Assembly (NCBI RefSeq): GCF_009914755.1
Contig: NC_060931.1
Length of the DNA stretch: 64,000 nt
Strand: one strand, 5' to 3'
Source: the human T2T-CHM13v2.0 reference genome, Homo sapiens
The translations under genes and the position numbers were made by a program. Positions within the stretch are counted from its first letter, which is position 1. The number at the start of each line of letters is the position of its first letter. This document shows, in pieces, positions 1-14,399 of the stretch. The notes under the pieces are model-generated. The model was given only the letters and a program-made list of their open reading frames with translations. It made no database searches and was not told the DNA's origin.

Positions 1-420
1 ATTAATACAAATTGGGAGGAAAAGACTAAAAATTTGATAGAAACATAAGGGCAGAGATGTAAACTGACAACTCACAAGAATATGTCAAAAGCTCTTAGAC
101 ATATGAACATTTATTTAACTTTTCTTATTATAAGGGAATTATCAATATAAACTGAGATATTATTTCTTTTATGTCATTTTAGCCAAGTTTAGATAGAAAG
201 ATGAGAGAGAGAGACAGACAGGCTGATGGAGGAGTTACAGCACTCTTTGGTGAGGATATGTGGAAAATGCACTCCCATGAACTTCTGAGGAAATGCACAT
301 TCCTAAAGAAGGATTTTTGGTTTTATCCAAAAAATCTACATAGTAACTTACGGCTAAGCAATTTCACTTCCACAAATCTAAGCAAAAGATAGGATATCAC
401 AAATTTAAGCAGAAGATAGG

Positions 421-425
<5 letters not shown>

Positions 426-458
<33 letters not shown>
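426..458. repeat. (TG)n microsatellite
   Basis: Uninterrupted TG run. Confidence 0.95.
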
Positions 459-461
<3 letters not shown>

Positions 462-476
462 CAATAATTATAATTT

Positions 477-775
477 TCTTTTTTTTTTTCTTTTCTTTTT
501 TTTAGACAGAGTCTCACTCTGTCACCCAGGCCAGAGTGCAGTGGTGAGCTCTGGCTCACTGCAGCCTCCACCTCCTGGGTTCAAATGATTCTCCTGACTC
601 AGCCTCCTGAGTAGCTGGGACTACAGACGCGTGCCACCACGCCCTGCTAATTTTTTGTATTTTTAGTAGAGACAGGGTTTCACCATGTCAGTCAGGATGG
701 TCTCGATCTCCTAACCTCATGATCCACCTGCCTTGGCCTCCCAAAGTGCTGGGATTACAGGCGTGAGCCCTCGTG
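477..775 (-). mobile_element. Alu (AluS-like), a few 5' bases missing
   Basis: Poly-T followed by the reverse-complement Alu dimer, ending ...gcgtgagccctcgtg. Confidence 0.92.
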
Positions 776-776
776 T

Positions 777-914
777 TTGGACATTTAGCTAATTTTTAAC
801 TATAATATTTTAAATAGTTAAAATAGCTAATTTTAACTATTTAAAATATTACAGTTAAAATTAGCTATTTTAACTATTTAAAATATTATAGTTTAAAATT
901 AGCTAAATGTCCAA
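777..914. repeat. AT-rich inverted repeat, 62-bp arms (777-838 / 853-914), 14-nt spacer
   Basis: The left arm equals the reverse complement of the right arm at 61/62 positions (manual alignment). Confidence 0.9.
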
Positions 915-1686
915 TTAAATGTATAATTTAAAATATTATAGTTAAAATTAGCTAAATGTCAAAACAAAGGAGATTGACTAAATCAGAAATGTATGCAGAC
1001 ACAGAGTACTATGTAACTGTAAAAAAAGAAAATTTTAAGTTAATAGAGTATGATTATATTATAATTGTATATATAATTATAATATGTAGCAGGCTATTTT
1101 TAGGTAAAATAAAAGTATAAAAAAACTATACTCTATGTTGTGTTTAAAAATGGGAGGAGATAATAAAACATTCTGGTGGCTCCTCTAAAATCAAAAGTGG
1201 GAATACTAAGCCAGAAAGCAGAGGTGGATGGGAACATAGTGAAAATAATAGAATGAAGGGGGTAACATGTCAGTTCTCTGAATATACATTATGGTATGCT
1301 TCTGATAATTGGAACCATGTAAATATTTCACGTATGAGAGAGTGTGAGAGAACAAAAATAATCAATAATTATGGCAAAGGTACCATAAATAAAATTCAAA
1401 CAGAAATAGATGAACCAAACTAAATTCAAATAAATAATATGATCACCCTGAAATGGCTAATGAACTAACCCAGCTAAAGCATGAGGACTACATTTGGACT
1501 ATATACCTTCAAGCTCAAAACAAACACACTTTTAAACAAATATTAAAGTCTAGTTAGGAAGATTTTTGCAGAATTTAGGTTAGCATTTCTGAAATTTTTT
1601 ATTGCACTTTCTAAGATTGAGCAAGCAGTTAAATATAACATGAATAATTAGATCTTATTTCTCACTGTTATGCTCCTATTCTAACA

Positions 1687-1734
1687 TTCTCTTTCTCTCT
1701 CTCTCTCTCTCTGTCTCTGTCTCTCTCTCTCTCT
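1687..1734. repeat. (CT)n microsatellite, interrupted
   Basis: Direct observation. Confidence 0.9.
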
Positions 1735-2009
1735 GATCTCATCTGTTTCTTTGAGTTCTGCTTGAACTTTTGGAATATTTTCTGTGTATTTCATGGGATA
1801 TTATTAGTTATTTTATAGCGTTGCATTTTTTATTATTTCTGTAAAATGTTACCTTTATTTGCCTTTCCAAGTCTTGTCTTACATTATCACATTTTTTAAA
1901 TTAAGAAACTCTCATTTTTAAATTCCGGAAACAAAATTTATCTTTTGTTCATTCTGTTTCATCAACACAGCAATAATAATTCCTTCTGCCTGTCTTTCCT
2001 TTAATTTTT

Positions 2010-2380
2010 TTTTTAAATTACTTGATTAGTAATTGTACTTGATGTTTTGATATATATTCATCATTTAATGATTATATCAAGCTAAGTAACATATCTATCA
2101 CCTCTTATACTTATCATTTTTTGTAGTGAGGACATTTAAAATCTACTTTTTCAGTAATTTTGAAATATACAATATATTATTATTAACTATTGTCACCATT
2201 CTGTACAGTAGATCTCAAAATCTTATTCCTCTTCCCTAACTGAAATTTTGTACCTTTGATCAACACCTCCCATGCCCCTACCCCCCAGCCTCTGGTAACC
2301 ACTATTCTGGTCTCTACTTTTATAAGGTCAACATTTTAAAGTTCACATGTAAGTGAGATAATGAAGTAATTGTATTTCTT
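2010..2380 (-). mobile_element. Old L1 (L1MA-like) 3' end fragment
   Basis: Motifs such as ccagcctctggtaaccactattct and cacatgtaagtgagataatg; boundaries approximate. Confidence 0.7.
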
Positions 2381-3859
2381 TTAAACTATTCTGGCCCCTT
2401 AACCCACTTGTGAGTTTATCTGAACTTGGTTTCAAAACATGTGAGATCACTTAACAGACAAGAAAGTTAGTATGAGTGTACTGAGATTAGCAGAGGGAAG
2501 AATGTGCAACAGAAAGTAAGGAGATTACCATAATTCCTTTGACGAGTTGGGGCATCTCTTATGAAGAGTACCAAGTGGGGCCTCCATTCTCAAGGCTAAG
2601 CAGTAATGAACCTTCAGCAGCTCAGCACTACCAACTCTCTTTTTCTGCTGCTGGAATCAGTGAAATTATTTGATTCTTTCATTGGGCAACAAGTAGGCAC
2701 AAGCATACTCTCTTTGCTTATTGAACTAGTTGGTATCGTTGAGAAATCAAGGGACTTGACAACTTCACAGTGTGTTCCACTGGAGAGTTAAAACTATTTC
2801 CGATTCACTGAGTCCAAGTGCAATTTCACCAACCTCTCTTCCTCAGGCACCACAAACAAACGCATCTTACACTGCAAGCTTTTCTCAAGAACGTGAAGTT
2901 GTAGTTCCATATTGTTTTTTTCTGCAGATTCTCACAGTTGTCAATGATAATGTGAATAATAATGGATTCCTTTTAACAAGAAAAATAAAAGATTGAAACA
3001 AATGAAGCACAAAAATATGAAACATAAAAGTAGGAGAATGCAATTAATTCAGCTAAACAGTAAAATTAATGGATTTTTAACTATTGAAATTAAAAGTGAC
3101 CTGAATAGATAAATAAAATAGACAAATACCTAATAAGTACAGAATAATTCAACCAAAATAAAGAAATGTCTGTCAGAAGAAGGGATATATAATCACAATA
3201 GAATAAAGACTAAAATATTTGGAAATTTAGAGAAAATGGGTAATATTCAAAAAATAGTTAATTTTTAAAAATGTAGAATACTGAGACATACAGTAATAAC
3301 AATATCCTCCATCAGGAAGTTGTTTAGAAATGCCCATTAGTAAATAAGTTATAACTACCTTATGATTCTTTTGAGAATTTTAGTTAAGTTTCAAAGAACA
3401 GAAATGTCCAATGCAATGCAAATGTTCACAGCCTACAGAAAAATACCAATCCATCATTAGGCTAATGTCACAGGTTGACAAAGATAATACATATGCTGTA
3501 TAAATACATTTTAGTTATTAGTTTAATTATTAAAAATGAGTAAAATTACACTGAATTGAAGGTAAAAGAGTTTAAATAATGTAATTCACCATATTCAACT
3601 AAGGTTTAGCTGATATAAATACAAGACTAGGATTGTGCATTTCATATAAAAATATTTCCTGTTTCAGGTGCCTTGTTAACCCAAATTAATCAGTTATGTT
3701 ATAAACACATAGTTAAGAGCTGAAAATATTTGACAAAAATCAGCCAATATTTAAAAAAAAAGTGAAATTGGAATATAGGAAAAATGTCCAAATATGATAA
3801 AGCGTCTTTGCCAACATTTAATCGTACACATCATAATAAAAGTAAAACATTAAATTCAA

Positions 3860-4144
3860 GGCCAGGCATGGTGGCTCACGCCTGTAATTCCAGCACTTTG
3901 GGAGGCTGAAGCAGGAGAACCATTTGAGCCCAGGAGTTGGAGACCAGCCTGGGCAACATAGTGGGATCCCATCTGTAAAAAAAAATTTAAAAACCACGTG
4001 GGTGTGGTAGTGCCTGCCTCTACTCTCAGCTACTCAAGAGGCTGAAGTGGGAGGATTGCTTGAGATTGGAAGGTCAAGGCTACAGTGAGCCTTGATCACA
4101 CCATTTTACTCCAGCCTAGGTGACTGAGTGAGACCCTGTCTCTC
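3860..4144 (+). mobile_element. Alu (AluJ-like), no poly-A tail
   Basis: ggccaggcatggtggctcac ... gagaccctgtctct, with AluJ-type gagcccaggag. Confidence 0.9.
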
Positions 4145-5015
4145 TGAGTCCCCTGAAACCATGTCACCTGCCGTGGGGATACCAAGAACTCTTTGCTAGA
4201 TTTCAGGGAAGCAGGTTATAAGACCAGGATAATGCTATGCTAAAAGCAGGGATAGTTGTGTATTTTATAGAAAAACATTTCAGGATATTATTTCAATATT
4301 TTGGATTGTTTCTAAATTTAAGGCTAAGTCTAAAATATATTTAGATTATTAAAGATGGAAGTTTATTTCAATATTCTGTATATTTAAATGACTAATATTT
4401 AGTTTTACAAACCAGAATTTTCAAGATAAATCTCAATTTCACAGTGAAAAAAATAATCACTTGTGATTTAAATGAAATTTCATTAGTTAAAAAATTTTCT
4501 TCCTGAATCTGTAATAGAAAATAATAATAATAATAAAAATTCTACCACCTTGAATGAATTTCATTTTGGCATCCTAAAATCCATACATACAGCCAGGTTT
4601 CTTGTCATAGTAATCAAAATAATCTGCCATTTTCATTTCACTACAGTAGGACACTTCTATTTTTATACCTGATCTTCATAATCATTATTTTAATTACATG
4701 TATAATAGTTCATAGTATTTGTGTATTATGATTTAACACTCAACATTAGATTACTTCGAATTTTCAAATTTTACTTGATACATATTATTGAGTAATATTT
4801 TTGTGATAATTTACTTTTGTTTTTGAGTGATTTTTTGAAAATATAGAAAAGAAATAATTATTCATTTGAATTATTAATATTACAATAATAAATTAATTTT
4901 CATATCAATAAAAAACAAAGGCTTATGACTCTTGCTAGTCAAAGCCATTTTATTTAACAGAACTGTGCATTTTATAAGCCCTTGAAGTAAATATTTATAC
5001 TAATTTTAATGTGAT

Positions 5016-7301
<2,286 letters not shown>

Positions 7302-8280
7302 TTTAATGTGATATTTTTAAAATTAGATACTTTTTAAAATAGTTCACTTTAGTAATCCAATTGTGCTTATTTGTATTTCTTTGATTATTAATGTTTGTAT
7401 CAATGTTATTTACTTTTGTAAATTACATTGGAGAAATTGTTAAGTTATTCATTTTTATGAGTAGGCAAATTAAATACCTGATTGCATGCATCTGTCATTA
7501 GCTACATTTTTTTCCCAGATGAATTTCTAAAACAAAGATCGACTAGGAAAAAAAATCTGCAATACTATTTTAAAATACCTTTTATTCCTTGAGCGTGTAT
7601 TGAGTTTTTATTTCTTAGTTGTGGCATATAAAAATATTTTTTATCTTATCAAGAGGATGCATGTCTCTTTGGGATTAGATCCTTAAAAGAATATGACACT
7701 GTAATGAGTATGACACATGAGCTCTTACAAGTCTGATATTTGACAGATCAAGTTAAATTAAGTAACAAAGAGACAAGTACCATACGGTAAGCTTCCTAGG
7801 AAAAATTACAGTATACTTCTACTCTTATTATAATGATTCATTATGCTCATTTTTATATAAAAGAAGAGGAAATGAGGAATCATTATGAGCAAAGGAAAAA
7901 GTATAGCAGAGAATATTATTAAAGTTAACTAAACCTATCTTCTTCTATTCATCTAATTTAAGCATTTGTGAAGGGCTTATATGACCAGATTACAATAAAA
8001 TTATATAGAATATAAAAATCTTCTTAGTCTTATAACTCCAGTGTTTGCAGCTCATTACTGCTAAAATTATTTTCTATGATAGAAATCTGCTATAAAATTC
8101 ATACAAGATCCTTTGTCTGGCTTTAAGTAACATTTCCTGTTTTGATTTATACAAATCTCTTCTCCAGACCTTCTTCTGCAATACCATAGAGTCAAAACAC
8201 TTCAAACTTTCTCTCATTCTCTGAATAGGCTGTACATCAAGTTTTGCATTTTTCAGATTCTTCGGATGTCTTTCTCCATC

Positions 8281-8705
8281 TGTGTTAGTTTCCTATTGTT
8301 ACCTGTAACAAACTATCACAAACTTAGTGGCTTAAAAACAATACCAATTATTATTTTCCAATTCTGAAGAAGTCTGAGATGGGTCAGCAGGACAGCAGTT
8401 CCTCTTGAGATTCTAGGGGAGAATTAATTTCTTGCCTCTTCCAGTTTCTAGAAGATGTATGCATTACTTGGCTCATGGCCCTGCAACAATTCAACCTCTG
8501 CCTCTTTTGTCACATCTTCTTCTCTGAGGCTGATCCTCTCACTTCTCTCTGGGGTTCTTGATTACATCAGACCCATATGGTGGGATAATATCCATTTTAG
8601 ATATTTAATTTAATGCCATTTGCAAAGTCCCTTTTTCATTTTCAGTAGCATATTTACAAGTCAGGGCATGGATATATTTTAGAAGGCATTATGCTACCTA
8701 CTACA
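8281..8705 (-). mobile_element. MaLR solo LTR (MLT1C-like)
   Basis: tgtgttagtttcct...caaacttagtggcttaaaaaca...ctacctactaca, with TG..CA ends. Confidence 0.8.
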
Positions 8706-9083
8706 TCTTTTCTACCTAAAAAATTGGTAGTCATTCCTCCTGTTCCAAGTTCAAATGTCACCCCCTCGTGAGATTTTCGCATATCTCCAGATGGAGGTGA
8801 TGTGGTCTTCCTTCTCTTTCTTCAGGGACTCTAATGACTAATAAACTTGCCTTCTTTCCTTTTGACTCCTTTAATTTTTCTATTCATGAGGGCTGTTTTT
8901 CACCAATTTTATTTTCATTAATTTGTCCATCTTGTCTATCCACAAAGACATTTTTCCTTTTTAAAAATCTGTCTATCTTATTAAAGTTTGCTATTTTTCA
9001 ATATAATAACTTCCATGTATGAAAATATGCTATTTTACACCTTACTATTTGAGGAAGGCCAATAATATATAATAACTGAGGAA

Positions 9084-12000
9084 AGTGGGGCAAGATGGAT
9101 GAAAAGAAGGCTCCAACAATTGTCCTCCCTATAGGAACACCAAATTGAAGAACTATCCGAACAAAAAAAAACACCTCCAGAAGAACCAAAAATCAGAAGT
9201 GCAATCGCAGTGTGTGGTTTTAACATTATATTAAGGAAAGAGGCACTGAAGAGGGAAAGACAATCTTGAATCACCTACACCAGCCCTCCTTCATCCCCCA
9301 GCAATGGCTGAGTGGTATGGAAAGAAAATCTGTGCATTCAGGGGAGGCAGCAAACAGTAATTGTGCGACTTGACGTTGGAACTCAGTACTGCCCTGTCAC
9401 AGCAGAAAGCAACACAGGGCATAACTCAGCCAGTGCCTACAGAGGGAGCTTCTCTAGCCAGAGGCAAATTCTCCATTTCAGTGGTAGGAGCCTGAGTTCA
9501 GGCAAGACCTACCAGTATGGGCTAAAGTTCTTGGGGGTCTTAAATAAATTTAAAAAGCAGTCTAGGCCAAAGAGACTTCAATTCCTGGACAAGTCCTGGT
9601 GATGTGCTGGGCTTGAAGTTAGTGGATATTCGGTGGAGATGACCTAGTGAAACACCAGCTAGTGCAGCCAAGAGAGTGCTTGCATCATCGCTGCCCCAAA
9701 CACAGGCAGCACAGTTTGCAGCTCTGGAAGAGACTCCTTCCCTCCACCTAAGGAGAGGAGAGGGGAGAGTAAAGAGGACTTTGTATTGAAACTTGGACAT
9801 CAGCATAGCTACGGAAGAATAGGGTATCAGGAACAGTCTTTGAGGCCCCCATTCCAGGCCCTAGCTCCTGGTTGACATTTCTAGACACAGCCTGGGCCAG
9901 AAGGGTACCCATTGCCTTGAAAGGAAAGATCCAGTCCCAGCAAGATTTATCATTTGCAGACTTAAGAGCCCTTGGGCCTTCAATAAACATCAGTGGTACC
10001 CAGGCAGTTCTCACCACAGGCCTTGAGTGAGACCCAGGGCCATGCTGGCTTCAGGAGTGACCCTGCACATTCTCATCTGTGGGAACCATGGGGAGAGACT
10101 CCTTCTGGTTGAGAAACAGAGAATGAATGCAGGGGACTTTGTCTTAGAGATTAGTTCCTAGCTCAGCCACAGTGATGTAGAGAAACAAGTAGGTTCATGG
10201 GGTCCCCAGTTCTAGGCCCTGGCTCTTGGACAGCATTTCTGGGCCTGCCCTAGGTGAGAGGAGAGCCTGCTGACCTGAAGAGAGAGAATCAGACCAGGCA
10301 GGATTCAGTGGCCCCTTAGTGAACATTGGCAGTAACCAGGCAGTAATTGCCACAGACCTGGGATGGTGGTGGCCATGAGAAGAGACTCTTCTGCTTGAGG
10401 AAAAGGGGAGGAAGAGTGGAAAGGACTTTGTCTTACAGTGTGCGTGCCAGCTCAGCCACAGTAGAATAGAGCACCAGGTAGATTCCCATGCTTCCTTTCA
10501 CGAGGTTCTGTCTATCAGAAGGCATCTCTGGACCCAACCAGGGCTGAAGACAATTCATGTCCCTGAAGGGAAGGACACAGACCTGGTGGAATTTGCCATC
10601 TGCTGATTGTAGAGCCCTTGGGCCTTGAGAAAACATAAGTGGTAGCCAGGCAGTAGCCACCTTAAGCCTTGGGCAAGACCAAGTGTTGTGCTGACTTTGG
10701 ATCTGACTCAGCACAGTCCCAATACTGGTGCTCACAGGGGTGCATGTGTCACCCATACCCCAGGTCCAGGCAGCTCAGCACAGAGAGACAGACACTTTGT
10801 TTGGTTGGGGGGAAGTAAAGGAAAAGAACAAGAGTTTCCACCTGATATCCCAGGACATTTTCCCATATCTTACCTAAGAGCACCAAGACAGTACCTGTAT
10901 AAGTCTGAAAGAGCCACAGTATTTTTGTGCATGGGGTGCTTCCTGATGCCTACGTGGCTACAGTGACCAAAGACTAAGGTCCCAACACCCAAGTCCTTTT
11001 TAATACTTGGAAAAACTTGCCAAGGACATGTATAAACAATCCAAGACTGCAAAAATTACAATCAATATCTAACTCTTCAATGCCAAGAAAAAAAAACAAT
11101 GGACATCCACAGGCATCAAGACCATCCAGGAAAATATGATCTCACCGAATGAACTATATAAGATGTCAGTGACCAATTCCAGACAGACAGAGATATACAC
11201 AAAATATAAAACAATAAATTAAGGCTTATCACAATAAAAATATCCTTCATTAAAATAAAGACAAGAAGGAAGAAAACATCACAAAACAACCAGAAAACAA
11301 ATTAAAAAATGGCAGGAGTCAATTCCTATTTATCAATAATAACATTGAATGAAAATGGACTAAACTCTCCAATCAAAAGACATAAAGAGGAGAAATGGAT
11401 GAAGAAAACCAAGGCCCCAAAATTATGTTGCCTACAAGAAACATATTTCAGCTATAAAGACATACATCCACTAAAAATAGAAGGATGGAAAAAGATATTC
11501 CATGCCAATGGAACCAAACATAGAAAAAAAGTTGTCTGTATTTATATCGGACAAAACAGATTTTAAGACAAAGACTATAAAAAGAGGCAAATGTCAGAAT
11601 ATAATGATAAAGGGGTCAGCTCAGCAAGAGAATATAACAATTGTAAATACATGTGCACCCAACAATGGAGCACACAGATTATATAAAGCAAATATTATTA
11701 GAGCTAAAGAGAGAGCTAGACCTCAATAAAATAATAGCTGGGGATTTCAACACCACATTTCAGCATTGGAAAGATCATACAGACAGAAAATCAACAATGA
11801 AACATCGGGTTGGAGGTGGACTATAGACCAAATGGACCTAATAGATGTTGCACAGAATATTTTATCCAATGACTGCAGAATTCACATTCTTCTCCTCAGC
11901 CCATGGATCATTTTGAAGGGTATGTTATGTCACAAAGCTAGCCTTAAAAATTCCAAAATTATTGAAACTATATTAAATAACTTTTCTGACTACAAGGCGG

Positions 12001-12319
12001 TAAAACTAGAAATCAATAACAGAGAAATTTTGGAAACTATGCAAACACATGGAAATTAAATAATATTCTCTCAAATAACTAGTGGGTCAGTGCAAAATTT
12101 AAGAAGAAAATTTAAAAAAACAAACAAATGCACATGGAAACACAACATATCAAAACCTGTGGTATTCCTCAAAAGCAGTACTTAGAATGTTTATAGCAAG
12201 AAGTGCTTCAATCAAAAAAGTAGAAAAACTTGAAAAAACTACTTAATGATATATCTTAAAGAACTAGAAAAGAAAGAGCAAAGTAAACCCAAAATCAGTA
12301 AAGGAAAGAAATAATAAAA
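9084..12319 (+). mobile_element. Old L1 (L1MA/L1PB-age) 5' part: 5'UTR with internal repeats, ORF1 mostly deleted, degenerate ORF2 endonuclease
   Basis: 5' gggcaagatgg start; repeated gagactccttc...ggactttgt units; ORF 11309.. (ITLNENGLNSPIKR, CCLQET) is the ORF2 N-terminus. Confidence 0.85.
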
Positions 12320-12452
12320 CCTGAAAAGAGGGGAGAGTCGGAAAAAGCGTACTTGGAGACCTTACCTTCAAGACTGAAGACTAGTCATCACAAACGGCAC
12401 TTGGAGTGCACTGAGCCAAGGAACAAAGAAGGCCACATTGGGCACCAGATAT
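12320..12452 (-). other. ERVK leader remnant: tRNA-Lys primer-binding site (12433-12447) and candidate splice donor (AAG|GTAAGG at 12366/12365)
   Basis: Minus strand reads TGGTGCCCAATGTGG versus Lys(CUU) PBS TGGCGCCCAACGTGG; the only differences are two CpG>TpG changes. It lies 5 nt past the LTR end. Confidence 0.8.
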
Positions 12453-13339
12453 TGCAGGATCTGGCCAGCAGCCTGCAATGCAACGGGGCTCTCTGTTGTT
12501 AGGCAGATCAGCAGATTGAGAAATAACAGACACACACAAGATAGTGAAAGCTGGGTCCAGGGGGGTCACTGCCTTCTGGTCCCGTGGTGCCAACAATGCA
12601 CTAGATATACCAGCATTTATTATTAAGTTTAGTGAGGGCGGGGGTAGGTTAGTGAGGGATTTAGGGTCATTTGATTATGAGGTGAGATGGTCACATGGGG
12701 ATGAAGTAATTCTTTAACATAACATTTGTATGTAGAAGTACAGTACATTTGTATGGAGAAGTACAGTATACAGAGATAAGAATTTACAGTATAATGTGTG
12801 TGTAATTTCTAACAGAGCCTTAAAACAGAAACACAATCTTTCCATAACGTATGATTAACAAGATATTAATCAGCAGTAACAATTGCAACAAAAGCTGGTT
12901 ACAAACAATCCATGGAAACAGGATGTGAAGCTAGACAACCGGTTAGACCAGAAATTCTCAGAAAGGAGTATGCCTTAACCCTAAAGAGGCCTAGAAGAGC
13001 CATGGCAAGATGAGGACGTTTATAGCCCTATCTTATCCATATGGACAGGCGCCCCCCCATGCGTCTGTTTATAGGCTCTCCACAAAGGTCGCATTCCATT
13101 CCTAGAGCTATGAACATCTGCTTTTCTGGGATGGGAATCTTGGTGATGTGAAACCTCCCTGACTGTACGTCCATTCATAGGCTCTCTGCAGGGGGAAGCA
13201 CATCATGTGCTGTTGGCTCGTTCTGGCAGTCCAACCTGGCATTGTCTTTACACAATCCTGCATGGAATTTTGTATTTACAATAATTAGGAGCATTTCATC
13301 TTTTATTCTGTAGCAATAGTTTCAAGGGGTCTCCCTGCA
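12453..13339 (-). mobile_element. ERVK-class LTR (LTR13-family-like, 887 bp); 5' LTR of a truncated provirus
   Basis: tgcagg...cctgca terminal inverted repeats; minus-strand AATAAA near 12616-12621; followed by a Lys PBS. The subfamily name is recalled and less certain than the class. Confidence 0.8.
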
Positions 13340-13349
13340 AGTATGTATT

Positions 13350-14358
13350 AAAGTTTTACACTATTAAGATAAATTGAACATAATAAAAATTAAAACTTTG
13401 TGTTTCAGAGGACACCATAAAGAAGGTGAAAAGATGACAAACAGAATAGGAGACAATTTTTACAGATCATAATCTGATAAGGCAGCGGTCCCCAACCTTT
13501 TTGGCAACAGGGACTGGTTTTGTGGAAGACAGTGTTTCCACGGACCGTGGTGGCAGGGAATGGTTTCAGGATGAAACTGTTCCACCTCAGATCATCAGGC
13601 ATTAGTTAGAGTATCATAAGGAGCATGCAACCTAGATCTTTAACATGTGCAGTTCACAGTAGGGTTCTTACTCCTGTGAGAATCTAATGCCTGAGTGAAG
13701 GAGTCGGAGCTTAGGTGATAATGTTCACTGGCCCACCACTCACCTCCTGCCCTGCAGCTCCAGTTCCTAACAGGCCACGGACAGGTTCTGGTTCATGGCC
13801 CAGGGGGTGGGGACCCCTGCGATAAGGGTTTTGTATCTACAATGTATATGAAGAACTTTTACAACTCAGTAATAAAAAGACAACTCATTTAAAAATGGGC
13901 AATGAATCTGAATAGACACTTCTCCAAGGGGGGTATACAGATGGCTAATAAACACTAAAATGTTGTTTGACATCATTAGCCATCAGGGAAATACAAAACC
14001 ACAATGAAATAACACTGCATACTAACTAGGATGGGTATGTTCAAAAGATCACTTAATAACAAATCTTGGTGAGGATTTTGAAAAACTGAATCTTTCATAC
14101 ATTGCTGGTGGGAAAAGAAAATTGTGCAGTCACTTTGAAAAACAGTCTGGCAATTTTTCAAAAGGTTAAACATAGAGTTACCATATGACCCAGCACATGA
14201 CTCCTAGGTGCATGTGTGTCTATATCCATACAGTGGAATGTTATTCAGGCATAAAAAGAAATGTAGTACTGATCCATGCTGCCACATGGATGAACCTTGA
14301 AAACCTGCTAAGCTTAGCAAAGAAGCCAGTCACAAAAGACCAGGTAGCATATGATTCC
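13350..14358 (+). mobile_element. Old L1M 3' fragment interrupted by MER1B
   Basis: aaaatgggcaatgaatctgaatagacacttctcc and acatggatgaaccttgaaaac motifs. Confidence 0.75.
13483..13819 (+). mobile_element. MER1B (hAT-Charlie MITE), full length, inserted in an old L1
   Basis: TIRs cagcggtcccca...tggggacccctg; 8-bp TSD tgataagg/cgataagg; 337 bp. Confidence 0.9.
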
Positions 14359-14399
14359 CTTCTTCCTTTAGTTACCAACTTTCTGTCTCCTCATCCTCA

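Noticed and set aside
9700-10900. Spaced ~300-bp repeated units
   Set aside because: These are degenerate internal repeats of an old L1 5'UTR, not a CRISPR-like or independent array.
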